Below are positions 10,030 to 19,435 of a stretch of DNA of 64,000 nt, piece after piece. Below the pieces are notes generated by a model, which worked only from the letters and a program-made list of their open reading frames with translations, was not told the origin of the DNA and did no database searches. The stretch spans positions 38,870-102,869 of the forward strand of contig CAVTRL010000005.1 in the NCBI GenBank assembly GCA_963737125.1, in the 5' to 3' direction. The position numbers and the translations under genes were made by a program. Within the stretch, counting starts at the first letter, position 1. Each line of letters opens with the position of its first letter. Source of the DNA: an uncultured Chloroflexia bacterium (lineage in GTDB: Bacteria; Chloroflexota; UBA5177).

Positions 10030-10515
10030 TTACGTCGGCGCTACGTCGTTGTTGACAACTACCATCGAATCACCGATTTTCAGCACAGCGGACGCAGGGA
10101 CGGAATGTTCATCTTTACGAAACTTGTCCAGAAAGCTGCCACTCAGCAGGTACTGGGTCACCACTCCGTGTTCGAAATCGACGTCGAGATCGGAAACTGT
10201 TCCCACTTCGTGTCCATGCTCGGTCATCATGCGTGCGCCGATAACCTTACTGCCTGTCGTGCTGTCGTCGAATTCGCGGAACTTTTTCTCGTCGTTCATG
10301 CGACTGGCGTCCTGGAGGGTCACAGCGTCCAGGCCAATCGACAGAACATCATCGAGAAGTACAGCCTCTCCCTTCGTAAATAATCCTGCGCGTCGTACTC
10401 GTAGTCCCAGTACCTTGCCGGATGACGGATCGAGCACAATATCTTCGACGGTTCCTAATTTTTCGGCGTCCGCGACGCTGACGACCGGCTGGTTCCTCAC
10501 ATCGGATAGTTTCAA
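10030..10515 (-). CDS. Tandem PRC-barrel domain protein
   Basis: Two repeats of G-x-V-x-D-(I/L) PRC pattern; TTG start after GGAGGA. Confidence 0.85.
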   Translation of the reverse strand: MKLSDVRNQPVVSVADAEKLGTVEDIVLDPSSGKVLGLRVRRAGLFTKGEAVLLDDVLSIGLDAVTLQDASRMNDEKKFREFDDSTTGSKVIGARMMTEHGHEVGTVSDLDVDFEHGVVTQYLLSGSFLDKFRKDEHSVPASAVLKIGDSMVVVNNDVAPT

Positions 10516-10516
10516 A

Positions 10517-11185
10517 TCAGTCCTCCGCCATACCGGCGTGAATGGCCCATAACATCGCTTCGGTGCGACCGCGGACCGCGAGTTTGCCGTAAATGTTGGC
10601 GAGATGGGTCTCGACCGTGCGCGTGCTGATGGCGAGCCCCTCGGCAATTTCTCGATTGCTTGCCGCGCCCGCCAGGCGTTTGAGCACTTCCCGTTCGCGA
10701 ACCGTCAACGGCTCAATGAGCGGAGGAGACGACGGCGACGTGCCCAACACATTCCCGTGGGCGGTCACATTCATCAACCGCTGGGCGATTTCCGGTTGAA
10801 GCCATGGTTTTCCACCCGCGACCGTGCGAATAGCATCGACCAGGTCGTTACCCGCTGCGTTCTTCAGCAGGTATCCGCTTGCGCCAGCCTGGACCAACGC
10901 GAAGACGTACGTGTCTTCGTCGTGTACCGTAAGCACCAGTACACGGGACTCGGGGAGCAGGTCGCGGAGCTGCCGGGTAACTTCCACCCCGTCGATATCG
11001 GGGAGCCCGACATCCGTGACGACCACGTCGGGCCGGGTCTCGCCGGCAATCACTATTCCCGCACGGCCGCTCGCTGCTTCGCCCACCACATGAAGATCCG
11101 GCTCGAGCGACAGTAATAATTTGAGGCCATCACGCAGAACCGTGTGATCGTCAATTAGAACCACGCGAATCGGCGAGCCGTTCAT
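10517..11185 (-). CDS. NarL/LuxR family response regulator
   Basis: IDDH, TDVGLP, GYLLK, LTVREREVL...SNREIA...TVETH HTH; ATGA overlap with kinase stop. Confidence 0.92.
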   Translation of the reverse strand: MNGSPIRVVLIDDHTVLRDGLKLLLSLEPDLHVVGEAASGRAGIVIAGETRPDVVVTDVGLPDIDGVEVTRQLRDLLPESRVLVLTVHDEDTYVFALVQAGASGYLLKNAAGNDLVDAIRTVAGGKPWLQPEIAQRLMNVTAHGNVLGTSPSSPPLIEPLTVREREVLKRLAGAASNREIAEGLAISTRTVETHLANIYGKLAVRGRTEAMLWAIHAGMAED

Positions 11186-13380
11186 GCAACGGATTCCAGC
11201 GGAATCGCGGCATCCACCTGCACTCCTCCATTTGCTCCGGGTTTTACTTCGATCACACCGCCGACGGCTTCTACTCTCTCTCGCATGCCCGCCAGTCCAA
11301 TGCCACGTTCCGGCTGGCGAGTGATTCCCCGCCCGGAATCGACTACCTCCAGCCTTACTGTACCGTTCTGCCGCTGCAGCAGAAGACGCGCTTCCCGTGC
11401 CCCGCTGTGCTTCCGCACATTCTCCATACACTCCTGGGCGACTCGAAAGAGCGCAAGCTCGATATCGTCCGGGAGATCGCCGATGTCGTCCGCGACGTAT
11501 TCCACGATGATTCCCGTTGCCTCTTGAAATTGCTGAAGGTAGCGGCCGAGAGTGGGAGCAAGACCGAAATCGTCCAGCATGAGCGGTCGCAATGCGTGAC
11601 TGGCTCGGCGCACGCCCTGATAGGCGTCTTCCGCCTGGCGCCGAATACGGTCGAGCGTCATGAGGGCCGGACCACCGGCTCCGCTCAGCTGACGCTCGGC
11701 AACGGCTGCAAGCGTGATGAGCCCCGCCAGCTCCTGCGCCGTCCCGTCATGCAGCTCTCGCGCTAACCGGCCGCGTTCCGATTCTTGCTCGCGCGCAATA
11801 CGGACGTAGGCCATGCGCAGCTCTTGCACCTTTTCCTGGAGCCGCGAAAAGAGGAGCGCATTGTCCAGAGCCGCGGTTGCCTGGCGCATGACCGGAGTGA
11901 GAAGCTCGAGATCGTCAGAGTCGAATGCGTCATGCGCCAGTTTGGGTTGCAAGCACAGCACCGCCTCCAGCCCGGACCGGGTCACGAGTGGGATCGTCAG
12001 AGCAGCGTGTAACCTATCCAACGCTCCGAACCGCTCCGGCACCCGTTCGCGCTTATTCGCGGTGAACGGTTTGGCGTGGACGATAAGCAGCGGTCGAGCG
12101 GGGATGCTGAGCGCCCGCTCGACCACGCTTGCATCGATCCTGAGATCGCCCGGCACGGCCAATACACGAGTCGCAAACGACGTAGCTTGCGCGGTATGGC
12201 TGACCACAAACTGAGCATTGTCAGTCCGGCGCAGGAGAAACGCTCCGCGCAAGTGGAGGGCCTCGATCAATTCGTGGGTAAGTACATCACCGAATTCCTC
12301 AGGCTGCATAACCGTGGACAAGCGGGCGCTTAACGCTTGAAGTAGCTCCCAGCGGTCTGCCTTGCGTCCGTACAATACCCAGTCGACCAAGCGCCGAGCT
12401 AAATACGTGATGGGTGTAAAGGCGGCGCCAATCAGAACCGTGACGGCAACAAAACCCAGACCGCCGCTCAGGCTCGTTACCGAGGCGTGGCTCGTGGCCA
12501 GCACCTCTCCCAATACACCGTAGGCGACGACGATAGCCAGCGTTAGCGCACCGTACACCACACCCCGCCGCACGATGAGATCGCCCTCGCTGAACTCGAA
12601 GAGAAGTACAGAGTAGCTCATGGCAATCAAAAACAGGAGCACGATCGGAGGCATCCAGCTAATATTGATGCTCTCGGCGGTTCCGGTTGTCACTAACGGC
12701 ACGATCAGCGCGGCGATGGCCGGTACTGTACCGGCCAGCAGCCCGAACAGTAACGCACGGGTTTGCGCGGCCTCTTCAGGTGACCGCGCGAAGCTAAGAT
12801 CGTGGAGCGCTTGAGCCGCGGCCGCGACCAGATACAGCGCGACGAAAATAAGTGCCGCCTTGAAAGACAGGGACGCCGGTTGTCGGGTCGCGAAGTCATG
12901 TGTCACGGGAACAACAAGTATCGCTGACGGCAGATAGAGTACGAGCTCGATACGATGCCAGCGCTGGCCTTCACGAAACGCCCGAACAAAGCTCAGGAGC
13001 AATGGAGGGAAAAACAGCAAACCGGCGGCGAACGCGAACGCATCCGGATAACTGACGGACCAAAGCGGGCCTACTCCCAGAAATGCAGAACCGGAAGCCG
13101 CGAACAAAAGGAATAACCGGCCTGCCAGACCCGCCCGCCGTTGGAGAAACACCATAAAACCAAGCAACAACCACAGAAATGCCACCATGGCAAACGATGC
13201 GTGGTCAAACCAGCTCACCTGCTTACCCTGGCCGACGAGCCCCTGCACCAGCCCAACGACCTGCACGGACAGGGATAAGACGGCAAGACCGAGGACGGCG
13301 CGATTCAACGGGTGAGTGAGATAGGACGGCTCAAAGACCGGATGCTTATCGCGAACGACGATGCGCTGGATTGGTTCCAT
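11182..13380 (-). CDS. Multi-TM sensor histidine kinase with GAF, HisKA_3 and HATPase domains
   Basis: ERGRLARELHDG, QECMENVRKHS, DSGRG, GLAGMRER; many N-terminal hydrophobic helices. Confidence 0.92.
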   Translation of the reverse strand: MEPIQRIVVRDKHPVFEPSYLTHPLNRAVLGLAVLSLSVQVVGLVQGLVGQGKQVSWFDHASFAMVAFLWLLLGFMVFLQRRAGLAGRLFLLFAASGSAFLGVGPLWSVSYPDAFAFAAGLLFFPPLLLSFVRAFREGQRWHRIELVLYLPSAILVVPVTHDFATRQPASLSFKAALIFVALYLVAAAAQALHDLSFARSPEEAAQTRALLFGLLAGTVPAIAALIVPLVTTGTAESINISWMPPIVLLFLIAMSYSVLLFEFSEGDLIVRRGVVYGALTLAIVVAYGVLGEVLATSHASVTSLSGGLGFVAVTVLIGAAFTPITYLARRLVDWVLYGRKADRWELLQALSARLSTVMQPEEFGDVLTHELIEALHLRGAFLLRRTDNAQFVVSHTAQATSFATRVLAVPGDLRIDASVVERALSIPARPLLIVHAKPFTANKRERVPERFGALDRLHAALTIPLVTRSGLEAVLCLQPKLAHDAFDSDDLELLTPVMRQATAALDNALLFSRLQEKVQELRMAYVRIAREQESERGRLARELHDGTAQELAGLITLAAVAERQLSGAGGPALMTLDRIRRQAEDAYQGVRRASHALRPLMLDDFGLAPTLGRYLQQFQEATGIIVEYVADDIGDLPDDIELALFRVAQECMENVRKHSGAREARLLLQRQNGTVRLEVVDSGRGITRQPERGIGLAGMRERVEAVGGVIEVKPGANGGVQVDAAIPLESVA

Positions 13381-13610
13381 TGGTCCCCGACATTACTCTG
13401 GCGGAATGGCAGTATTCCACTACCACTCTACTCTGCCGAACGAAATCTGTGGACACCATTTTCCTCCAACGCGTGATTCTCCATCGTCGATGTGTCCGGG
13501 CACTGCAACACCGTCCAAAAGTCCCTCTCAATACAGAGCCGAATATCTCTATAACTTTCCATCCACACTCATCAGAATGGCGTTAGTCGAAATGAGTAGG
13601 GGGGTTGGAT

Positions 13611-13817
13611 ATGAATCGACATGAAGTACTGGATATGTTCCGCACGTTTGTGCACGATTATGTGATGTCTGACGACGGGGAAGAAGGACAGGACATGATT
13701 GAATACGCGCTACTGGCGGCGCTTATCTCGATCGTGGCTATCGCAGTCATTCTTTTGCTCGGTCCGTATATCTCGAACCTGTTCCAGGACGTGGTAGGCG
13801 CACTCTCTTCAAGCTAG
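13611..13817 (+). CDS. flp: Flp family type IVb pilin
   Basis: EEG/QDMIEYALLAALISIVAIAVI: prepilin cleavage G followed by the Flp EY motif and a hydrophobic helix. Confidence 0.85.
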   Translation: MNRHEVLDMFRTFVHDYVMSDDGEEGQDMIEYALLAALISIVAIAVILLLGPYISNLFQDVVGALSSS

Positions 13818-13966
13818 AGCGGGGTCGCGGCTACGGGCGGAACACGCTCGGACATGACGGTAGGTGAGCGTACGCCGGCAGATATGGCATGGTGAGATAC
13901 CCCCGGTCATTGGTATGACCGCGAGGAACGGAAGCCTGCCATTCTCCCAAGAAGGAACGCGTACTC

Positions 13967-14488
13967 ATGCCGCACGATGAAAAGATGGAGACACGGTCCA
14001 CCAGCACCACGCTCAGAGACCGGCGCTCGTACTGGTCGTATGCGCTACTCATTGCGCTCTACAACGCGCTGTTTGGCGGGTTTATCCTGCTGTACAGAAA
14101 GTGGCAGCATCCACTGCAGTCACTCACCGCACTCGATTTGAGCCTATTAGGTTTAGCGACGCTTCGCGCCTCGAAATTGGTGTCCGAGGATGAAATTACC
14201 TCCATCCTGCGGGAGCCGGTGTTGAATGAGGTTGACGGGCACAAAGTTCCGCAAGGCCGCGGGCTGCGAAACTCGCTCGGAAAGCTGATCCTCTGTCCTA
14301 CCTGCACGGGAACCTGGGTCGCCGCTTTTTTTACGTACTCTCTGTACTTATGGCCCAAGTACACTCGACCGTTTCTGGCGGTCATGGCCGCCTCGGGCAT
14401 GAGCCAAACGAGCGATGCCTTGTTGTCACTGGTCTATACCGATCGCGACCTGATGCGTGCCGCCAAGGATGAAACGGCGGCCAAATAG
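13967..14488 (+). CDS. DUF1360 family membrane protein
   Basis: ATLRASKLVSEDEITSILREP, LGKLILCPTCTGTW. Confidence 0.85.
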   Translation: MPHDEKMETRSTSTTLRDRRSYWSYALLIALYNALFGGFILLYRKWQHPLQSLTALDLSLLGLATLRASKLVSEDEITSILREPVLNEVDGHKVPQGRGLRNSLGKLILCPTCTGTWVAAFFTYSLYLWPKYTRPFLAVMAASGMSQTSDALLSLVYTDRDLMRAAKDETAAK

Positions 14489-14532
14489 CCAACGTTGGTG
14501 AGCTACGTGAGTTGACCTGAACTGCGGGCTAC

Positions 14533-15285
14533 TTATGAATTTCCGTTCTGATCGACGACTGCGCCCGACGGGTCATCCACTTCGATCACTTCGGTGCGCA
14601 CGTCTCCTTCGACGGTCTCCTGTTCGACGTAGTCCGTCTTTTTCACGCGGAGTATTTCCCGCACCACGGTCTTCTTGACAAGGACTTCTTCTAAAACCGG
14701 CACCTCCACGACATCTCCGACCTCTCGAACGGGCGCCTCGAGGCCGGCCGGGACTTCGTCGCCAACTCGCAATCCACGCTGTGACTCGTCGATGACCTGG
14801 GCCTGTGCCGTGGGGGATACACTGTCCGTGTCCTCCGTGTCAGTTTCCGGCGATTCATCGGTGTCCTGAGGAACATTGGACTGTGCCTGCGGGGACGCAT
14901 CGGCGTCCGGAACCGCCACCGGCTCCGCTTCCGGTGATTCATCGCTGCCCTGCGCCGCCACCCCAGAGGAATCAGCGGACCCTTCATCGGATCTAGCGGC
15001 ATAGAAAGTCGAAACGCCGTCGAGGGCGACGGATTCCAGCGTATCGCTGGCTGGAACATCGGGAGACGCCTCGACCGTAGTCTTGTCGTACGGTACTTGC
15101 AACTGCCCGTTATTGGTGAGTGACGCGCCTTCCACCGGAATGAGTCGATGCTTGGCAAACAGGCTACCAATCTTTACCGAGACGTAGCGAGGAACGTTTG
15201 AGTCGTCCAGATAGGTTCGTTCTACCTTGCCGACCTGCTCGCCCGTGGCGTCAACCACGTCGACGCCATCATAATCCTCCGTCAC
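14533..15285 (-). CDS. PRC-barrel plus DUF2382 (YsnF/AvaK-like) acidic protein
   Basis: N-terminal PRC barrel (VVDATGEQVGKV, VPYDK), C-terminal VPVLEEVLVKKTVVRE. Confidence 0.8.
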   Translation of the reverse strand: MTEDYDGVDVVDATGEQVGKVERTYLDDSNVPRYVSVKIGSLFAKHRLIPVEGASLTNNGQLQVPYDKTTVEASPDVPASDTLESVALDGVSTFYAARSDEGSADSSGVAAQGSDESPEAEPVAVPDADASPQAQSNVPQDTDESPETDTEDTDSVSPTAQAQVIDESQRGLRVGDEVPAGLEAPVREVGDVVEVPVLEEVLVKKTVVREILRVKKTDYVEQETVEGDVRTEVIEVDDPSGAVVDQNGNS

Positions 15286-16010
15286 AAGATCACCCCCGCG
15301 TCGCGGTCGATGTCCCGATGGTACCGCTCGCCGGCCCTGCCGCCAAGTACGGCGCCCACCAACATGATCACCAGCGCAATCGCAAGCGCAACGACTCCGG
15401 CGGTCGTGAAGGTCGATGAATTGAACTTGAGGTGGAGCTGCGACGCCACGTTGAATTTGCTTCCCAGGATGGCGCCCGCAATGGCTAGCACAGCCGCGAC
15501 CACAACGGTCCAGATGACCACGCCTATACCGTTCTTCACGCCGTCATAGCGCGTCATGCGTCCTGCTGTATACCCGCCTATGAAGTAGGCCAGCAAGAGG
15601 CCTATGAGTGAGGCAACGGCGGCTCCGAGGCCGATGGTCTGCGTCGTGGACGACACCGCGTGCCCCACCTTGGGCAACGGTGCTCCTACCTGGTATCCCA
15701 CACCACCCGCGACCGCCGCGATGATGCCGAGGAAGAGGATGGTGAAAAAGGTAGCCACCGCGAATCCAATGAAGTCAGAACCCCAGTAGAAGCCACCGTA
15801 GCGGGCTCGCAGTTCGGCTTGACGATTCGCTCGAATAGAGGAGATGCTGCGGACAACGTTCGGAGACGAGTCCGACTGCGCCGCTGGCTCAGTGGTCACG
15901 ACGGTTGAGTCGCCGGCGGGCTGTTCCGATCCTATGGCGACCGGCGATTCCTCGCTGCCGTCGTCGCTATTCTGCGTTGATACTCCGTTGGGTTGCGTTG
16001 GCCTGGCCAT
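15282..16010 (-). CDS. Four-TM membrane protein (YrzE/TIGR04086-like)
   Basis: RYGGFYWGSDFIG, AYFIGGYTAGRM, GAVLGGRAGERYH. Confidence 0.7.
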   Translation of the reverse strand: MARPTQPNGVSTQNSDDGSEESPVAIGSEQPAGDSTVVTTEPAAQSDSSPNVVRSISSIRANRQAELRARYGGFYWGSDFIGFAVATFFTILFLGIIAAVAGGVGYQVGAPLPKVGHAVSSTTQTIGLGAAVASLIGLLLAYFIGGYTAGRMTRYDGVKNGIGVVIWTVVVAAVLAIAGAILGSKFNVASQLHLKFNSSTFTTAGVVALAIALVIMLVGAVLGGRAGERYHRDIDRDAGVIL

Positions 16011-16029
16011 GGTATCCCTCCTTGACAAA

Positions 16030-16053
16030 GGGGAGAGTCATGCGACTCTCCCC
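16030..16053 (-). terminator. 10-bp stem-loop inside the stress operon, just upstream of an RBS
   Basis: GGGGAGAGTC-GCAT-GACTCTCCCC, followed by TTGTC on the minus strand. Confidence 0.5.
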
Positions 16054-16092
16054 CTGCTGCACGTTCGAGAACGGTAACCCTTTTACGGGTGT

Positions 16093-16932
16093 CTAGTACG
16101 AGGAATTTCCGGTGGAATCGGCATTGCTACCCTCGTAATTGGAGGCGGCGCCGGTCGCAACTCCACTGGTGTCGTCGTCAGTTTCGACCTCTTCGCGCCG
16201 TACGTCGGCACCTACATTTTCGGTGTCCGTGGTGACCGACTTGTTCAGCCGAACCTGTTCGGTGGCCCGGGTCGTCGTCGAGGCAACCGCCTCTTCACGC
16301 ATCACCGGAACCTCGATCTCCTCTTCCTGGAACGCGGTGCCATCGGTCGCATCGCTGGTCGCGGGTACCCGCTCGATCTCGACCTCTTCCCGCCGCAAAT
16401 CCACCGGGACTTCCTGGTGCTCGGTGCGGACGACTTTCCGCAATCGCACCCGACCGGCCTCGACCGGCCGCGTTTCCGCCTGCAGTTCTTCCTCATGAAG
16501 CGTTACTGCTTGATCGGTGTCGTTGTCGGCAGTGTACGTATCACCACTGGTATCACCGGTTGCGTAATCCGACGTTGTATCCTGACCGGACTGCAATCCA
16601 GATGGGCTGGCAGCGGTTGAGCGCCCCGTGCCGTAATAGCTGTATATCTCCTCTTCCTGGTCCGGGCTCAGTTCGGCATCTCCATCAAAAGACGGTGCGC
16701 CCTTGATCTGATCCTCACTGAACGGCACTTGAATGGCGCCATCGGAGATCTGGGCATCCGACACCGGGATTATGTGGGTCTTGCCCATGAACCATCCCGT
16801 CTTGACGGCCACGAATTCCAGCTCCGAGGTGGCATCGTCAACCCAGACGTTGTCCACCGAGCCGATTTTGTTGCCGCTTGAATCGAGTACGTCACTTCCA
16901 AAAACTTGTGCTGCATCTTCTTCGCTGGTCAT
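16093..16932 (-). CDS. PRC-barrel plus DUF2382 (YsnF/AvaK) protein
   Basis: VLDSSGNKIGSV, VKTGWF, IKGAP, LHEEEL...GRVRLRK, LRREEVEIER. Confidence 0.9.
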   Translation of the reverse strand: MTSEEDAAQVFGSDVLDSSGNKIGSVDNVWVDDATSELEFVAVKTGWFMGKTHIIPVSDAQISDGAIQVPFSEDQIKGAPSFDGDAELSPDQEEEIYSYYGTGRSTAASPSGLQSGQDTTSDYATGDTSGDTYTADNDTDQAVTLHEEELQAETRPVEAGRVRLRKVVRTEHQEVPVDLRREEVEIERVPATSDATDGTAFQEEEIEVPVMREEAVASTTTRATEQVRLNKSVTTDTENVGADVRREEVETDDDTSGVATGAASNYEGSNADSTGNSSY

Positions 16933-16996
16933 CTCACATCCTTTTCCGTGAATTCTTGGTGCCGCAGTCGCTGATTCGAATCATCAACTATCTATA

Positions 16997-17012
16997 TGCA
17001 AAAGGTGTGCCA
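16997..17012 (-). promoter_or_regulatory. sigma54-like -24/-12 promoter (consensus match)
   Basis: TGGCAC-ACCTT-TTGCA, 64 nt upstream of ATG 16932. Confidence 0.7.
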
Positions 17013-17035
17013 CACCACTGCGCGTGTGGCACACC
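17000..17035 (-). terminator. Intrinsic terminator after the DUF3618 gene
   Basis: 12-bp perfect stem GGTGTGCCACAC/GTGTGGCACACC followed by TTTT on the minus strand. Confidence 0.7.
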
Positions 17036-17053
17036 CCGAGATAGGTCATAGTG

Positions 17054-18187
17054 CTACGAGGATGTGAGGCCCTGCTGCTGGGCGGCATCACTCGCGGCGT
17101 CTTTGGCGGCTCCCACCGCCTGCTGTGCGACTGACTGCACCTGCTGAGCCTTTTCCGAAACAGTCTGCTGTGCCTGCTGCACAACGTCGTCCCGGGTCTC
17201 GCCGAGCAGTTCGTTTTCCTTGTCGGTTTCAGGAATCGAAAGTCCGATGGCCGCGCCAAGTGCGAGGGAGACCACGCCTACCGCCAGCGGATTGCTTTGG
17301 AGCGACTGCTGGAACGCACTCTGCGCGCGCTGGGCTCCGTACTGCGCATTGGAGGCGAGCTGGCCTGCGGTATCCTGAACGGTTTCCGCCGCCTGTCCGG
17401 CAGTGGATCCCACGCTCGACGCCACGTCGCTCACCTTGTTCTGCGCCTGGCCGGCAAGATCGCCCACTTTATCTTGTGTCTTACTGACGCGATCGGAGAC
17501 CGACGACTGGCCGTCTCCGGCCTGGTAATTGGCCGAGTTGGAGGCGGCGTAGTAGCCGGAGTTGCCCGGGTTATATCCGGCCGGATACCCGTCCGAGCGA
17601 TCGGCGTAGTATTGCGTGGAGCTGCCGCCCTTGTTCCGGCTCATAAATAGCCAGCCCAACCCGATGCCGGCGATAGCGGCTGGAACTGGATTTCCCTTGA
17701 TGGTGTCCAACAAATTGGAACCGAATCCCTTTGCACTACTTCCGGCGTTACTGACCACATCAGTGGCCGCGTTGCCTGCATTGCTTACCATTTCCTGTGC
17801 CTTTCCTACCGTCGCCTCTTTAACGGTATCTTTCGCCTGCTGAGCGATGTTGGCTGGGCTCAGCTTTTCTTGAATGGCGTCAATCGTCGAGCTCAACTCG
17901 GAACGAGTCTGCTCAATCTGAGCGCGCGACGCCTCGAGTTCGTCCTCGCTATAGTCGTCCCCGTCGCCGTACGTGTCCGACTCTCCGGGCATCCCCGTTG
18001 GATCGATTTCCGTCGAGGTATATGCCGCGACGTACGCCGGTCCGCCTCCCAGTGGACTGCCGGCTAAGCCCGGTGCAACGTAGGCCGGGGTCCCTTCGAG
18101 AGTGCTTCCGTCTCCGAACCCGGCGTCATCGGAGAATGTATCGGCTGCAAAGCCAGAATCTGTTACCTCGTTTGATTCTTTGCCCAT
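17054..18187 (-). CDS. DUF3618 domain protein with LEA-like repeats
   Basis: RAQIEQTRSELSSTIDAIQEKLSP, NPVPAAIAGIGLGWL, NPLAVG...PETDKE. Confidence 0.85.
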   Translation of the reverse strand: MGKESNEVTDSGFAADTFSDDAGFGDGSTLEGTPAYVAPGLAGSPLGGGPAYVAAYTSTEIDPTGMPGESDTYGDGDDYSEDELEASRAQIEQTRSELSSTIDAIQEKLSPANIAQQAKDTVKEATVGKAQEMVSNAGNAATDVVSNAGSSAKGFGSNLLDTIKGNPVPAAIAGIGLGWLFMSRNKGGSSTQYYADRSDGYPAGYNPGNSGYYAASNSANYQAGDGQSSVSDRVSKTQDKVGDLAGQAQNKVSDVASSVGSTAGQAAETVQDTAGQLASNAQYGAQRAQSAFQQSLQSNPLAVGVVSLALGAAIGLSIPETDKENELLGETRDDVVQQAQQTVSEKAQQVQSVAQQAVGAAKDAASDAAQQQGLTSS

Positions 18188-18600
18188 TGGGCGTCCTCCT
18201 GAATGCTCTGAATTGTCTGCGTCGGCGCTAGATTCCCGTTACGTAACGCGGTGAGCCCATTTCGCACGAGTACCGCCCCTACCGCGGAGACGACGACTCC
18301 GACGATGAGCGCCGCCAGCCACCAGGTGACACCCAACTGCGCGAGTGCGATAACTACCATGGCAAGTAAGGTCAGAAATCCCGCGTATGCGACGAGCGCT
18401 CCGGCGGCGATGAAGCCGACATCTTTGCCGACCTCAGTCGCCTTATGAGTGAGTTCGGTCTTGGCGAGGTCAACCTCTTGACGCACCAGAGTGGTCGTTT
18501 CCCGCGATAACTCAGAGAAGAGCTCACCGAGTGAGCGGTCCTCCTTGCCCGCGGACGGTGCCCCGGACCTCGTTTCTATCTGATCAGACGGACGAGCCAT
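18163..18600 (-). CDS. Holin superfamily III-like (YqjE-type) membrane protein
   Basis: RSLGELF...LVRQEVDLAKTE, two TM helices, PTQTIQSIQED. Confidence 0.85.
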   Translation of the reverse strand: MARPSDQIETRSGAPSAGKEDRSLGELFSELSRETTTLVRQEVDLAKTELTHKATEVGKDVGFIAAGALVAYAGFLTLLAMVVIALAQLGVTWWLAALIVGVVVSAVGAVLVRNGLTALRNGNLAPTQTIQSIQEDAQWAKNQTR

Positions 18601-19282
18601 CAGTCGTGTCTCCTTCGGCGTCGAACACCGTTGCATCCGGATATTCAATCTCGTCAACTACCACAACTTCCGATGTCGCGTTATAGGCCGGGGATACCGA
18701 CTCGAAAGAGTTGCCGGCGTAGGTGTTCGAAGACGATGCGTACTCCGATCCACCTGCATAGCTGCCGCCGGCAGGCAACGCGGGGGTGTAGCTACTTCCA
18801 TATCCGTAGCTGCTACCGTAGTCGCTCTGGGATGTGTCGGGACGCGGAGTCGATGCCTTGAGGAACCGCGCGGCGGCCAGACCGAGCGCAAACGCTCCAC
18901 CCAGGAAGAGGGTCGAATTCCGGCGCGCGTAGTCCTCGACATCGCGCACGAGCTCGCGTACCGGCGTCGACTCCAGGTAGCTGGCAAATTCATCTACCTT
19001 CGTGCCGGCATTACTCGGAAAGTCTACAATCGGCCCTTGCGTGGATTTTCCCAGGTTTTCACTGGTTTGGTGTAACGCCGAGGCAACAAGCCTCAACCCC
19101 TGCGAAGCAGTCTGCTTCTGGGACTCAGCGTACGATGTGGCACTCTGCTTCGCATTGTCGGCAACCTCGCCAGCCGTCTGCTGGGTCTGCTGAAGCGCCT
19201 GCTGAGTTCCCTGTTTTACCTGTTCGGTGATCACGCTCCCGGTTCCGCCATCTCCGGGTGAGTTTCCCTGACTGCTGTCCAT
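18584..19282 (-). CDS. Stress-cluster hypothetical protein (DUF883/ElaB-like C-terminal anchor)
   Basis: Q/A-rich helices, DVEDYARRNSTLFLGGAFALGLAAARFLKAS. Confidence 0.75.
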   Translation of the reverse strand: MDSSQGNSPGDGGTGSVITEQVKQGTQQALQQTQQTAGEVADNAKQSATSYAESQKQTASQGLRLVASALHQTSENLGKSTQGPIVDFPSNAGTKVDEFASYLESTPVRELVRDVEDYARRNSTLFLGGAFALGLAAARFLKASTPRPDTSQSDYGSSYGYGSSYTPALPAGGSYAGGSEYASSSNTYAGNSFESVSPAYNATSEVVVVDEIEYPDATVFDAEGDTTDGSSV

Positions 19283-19344
19283 GTCTGACCCCTTTCCCTG
19301 CATTCCTGGCACACGCCAATATTTCCGTTAACAGATGATATATA

Positions 19345-19360
19345 CGCATATTCCATGCCA
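19345..19360 (-). promoter_or_regulatory. sigma54-like -24/-12 element
   Basis: TGGCAT-GGAAT-ATGCG (GG-N10-GC), 62 nt upstream of ATG 19282. Confidence 0.5.
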
Positions 19361-19435
19361 GGCAGACCGTTCGACACAATTGTCAAAATGCTCAAGAGCT
19401 CGATACGATTTCATCGATCGGACCTCGTCGTGCGC

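Noticed and set aside
18163-18600. Prophage suggested by the holin-family gene
   Set aside because: No endolysin, structural or integrase genes; this family occurs in chromosomal stress operons.
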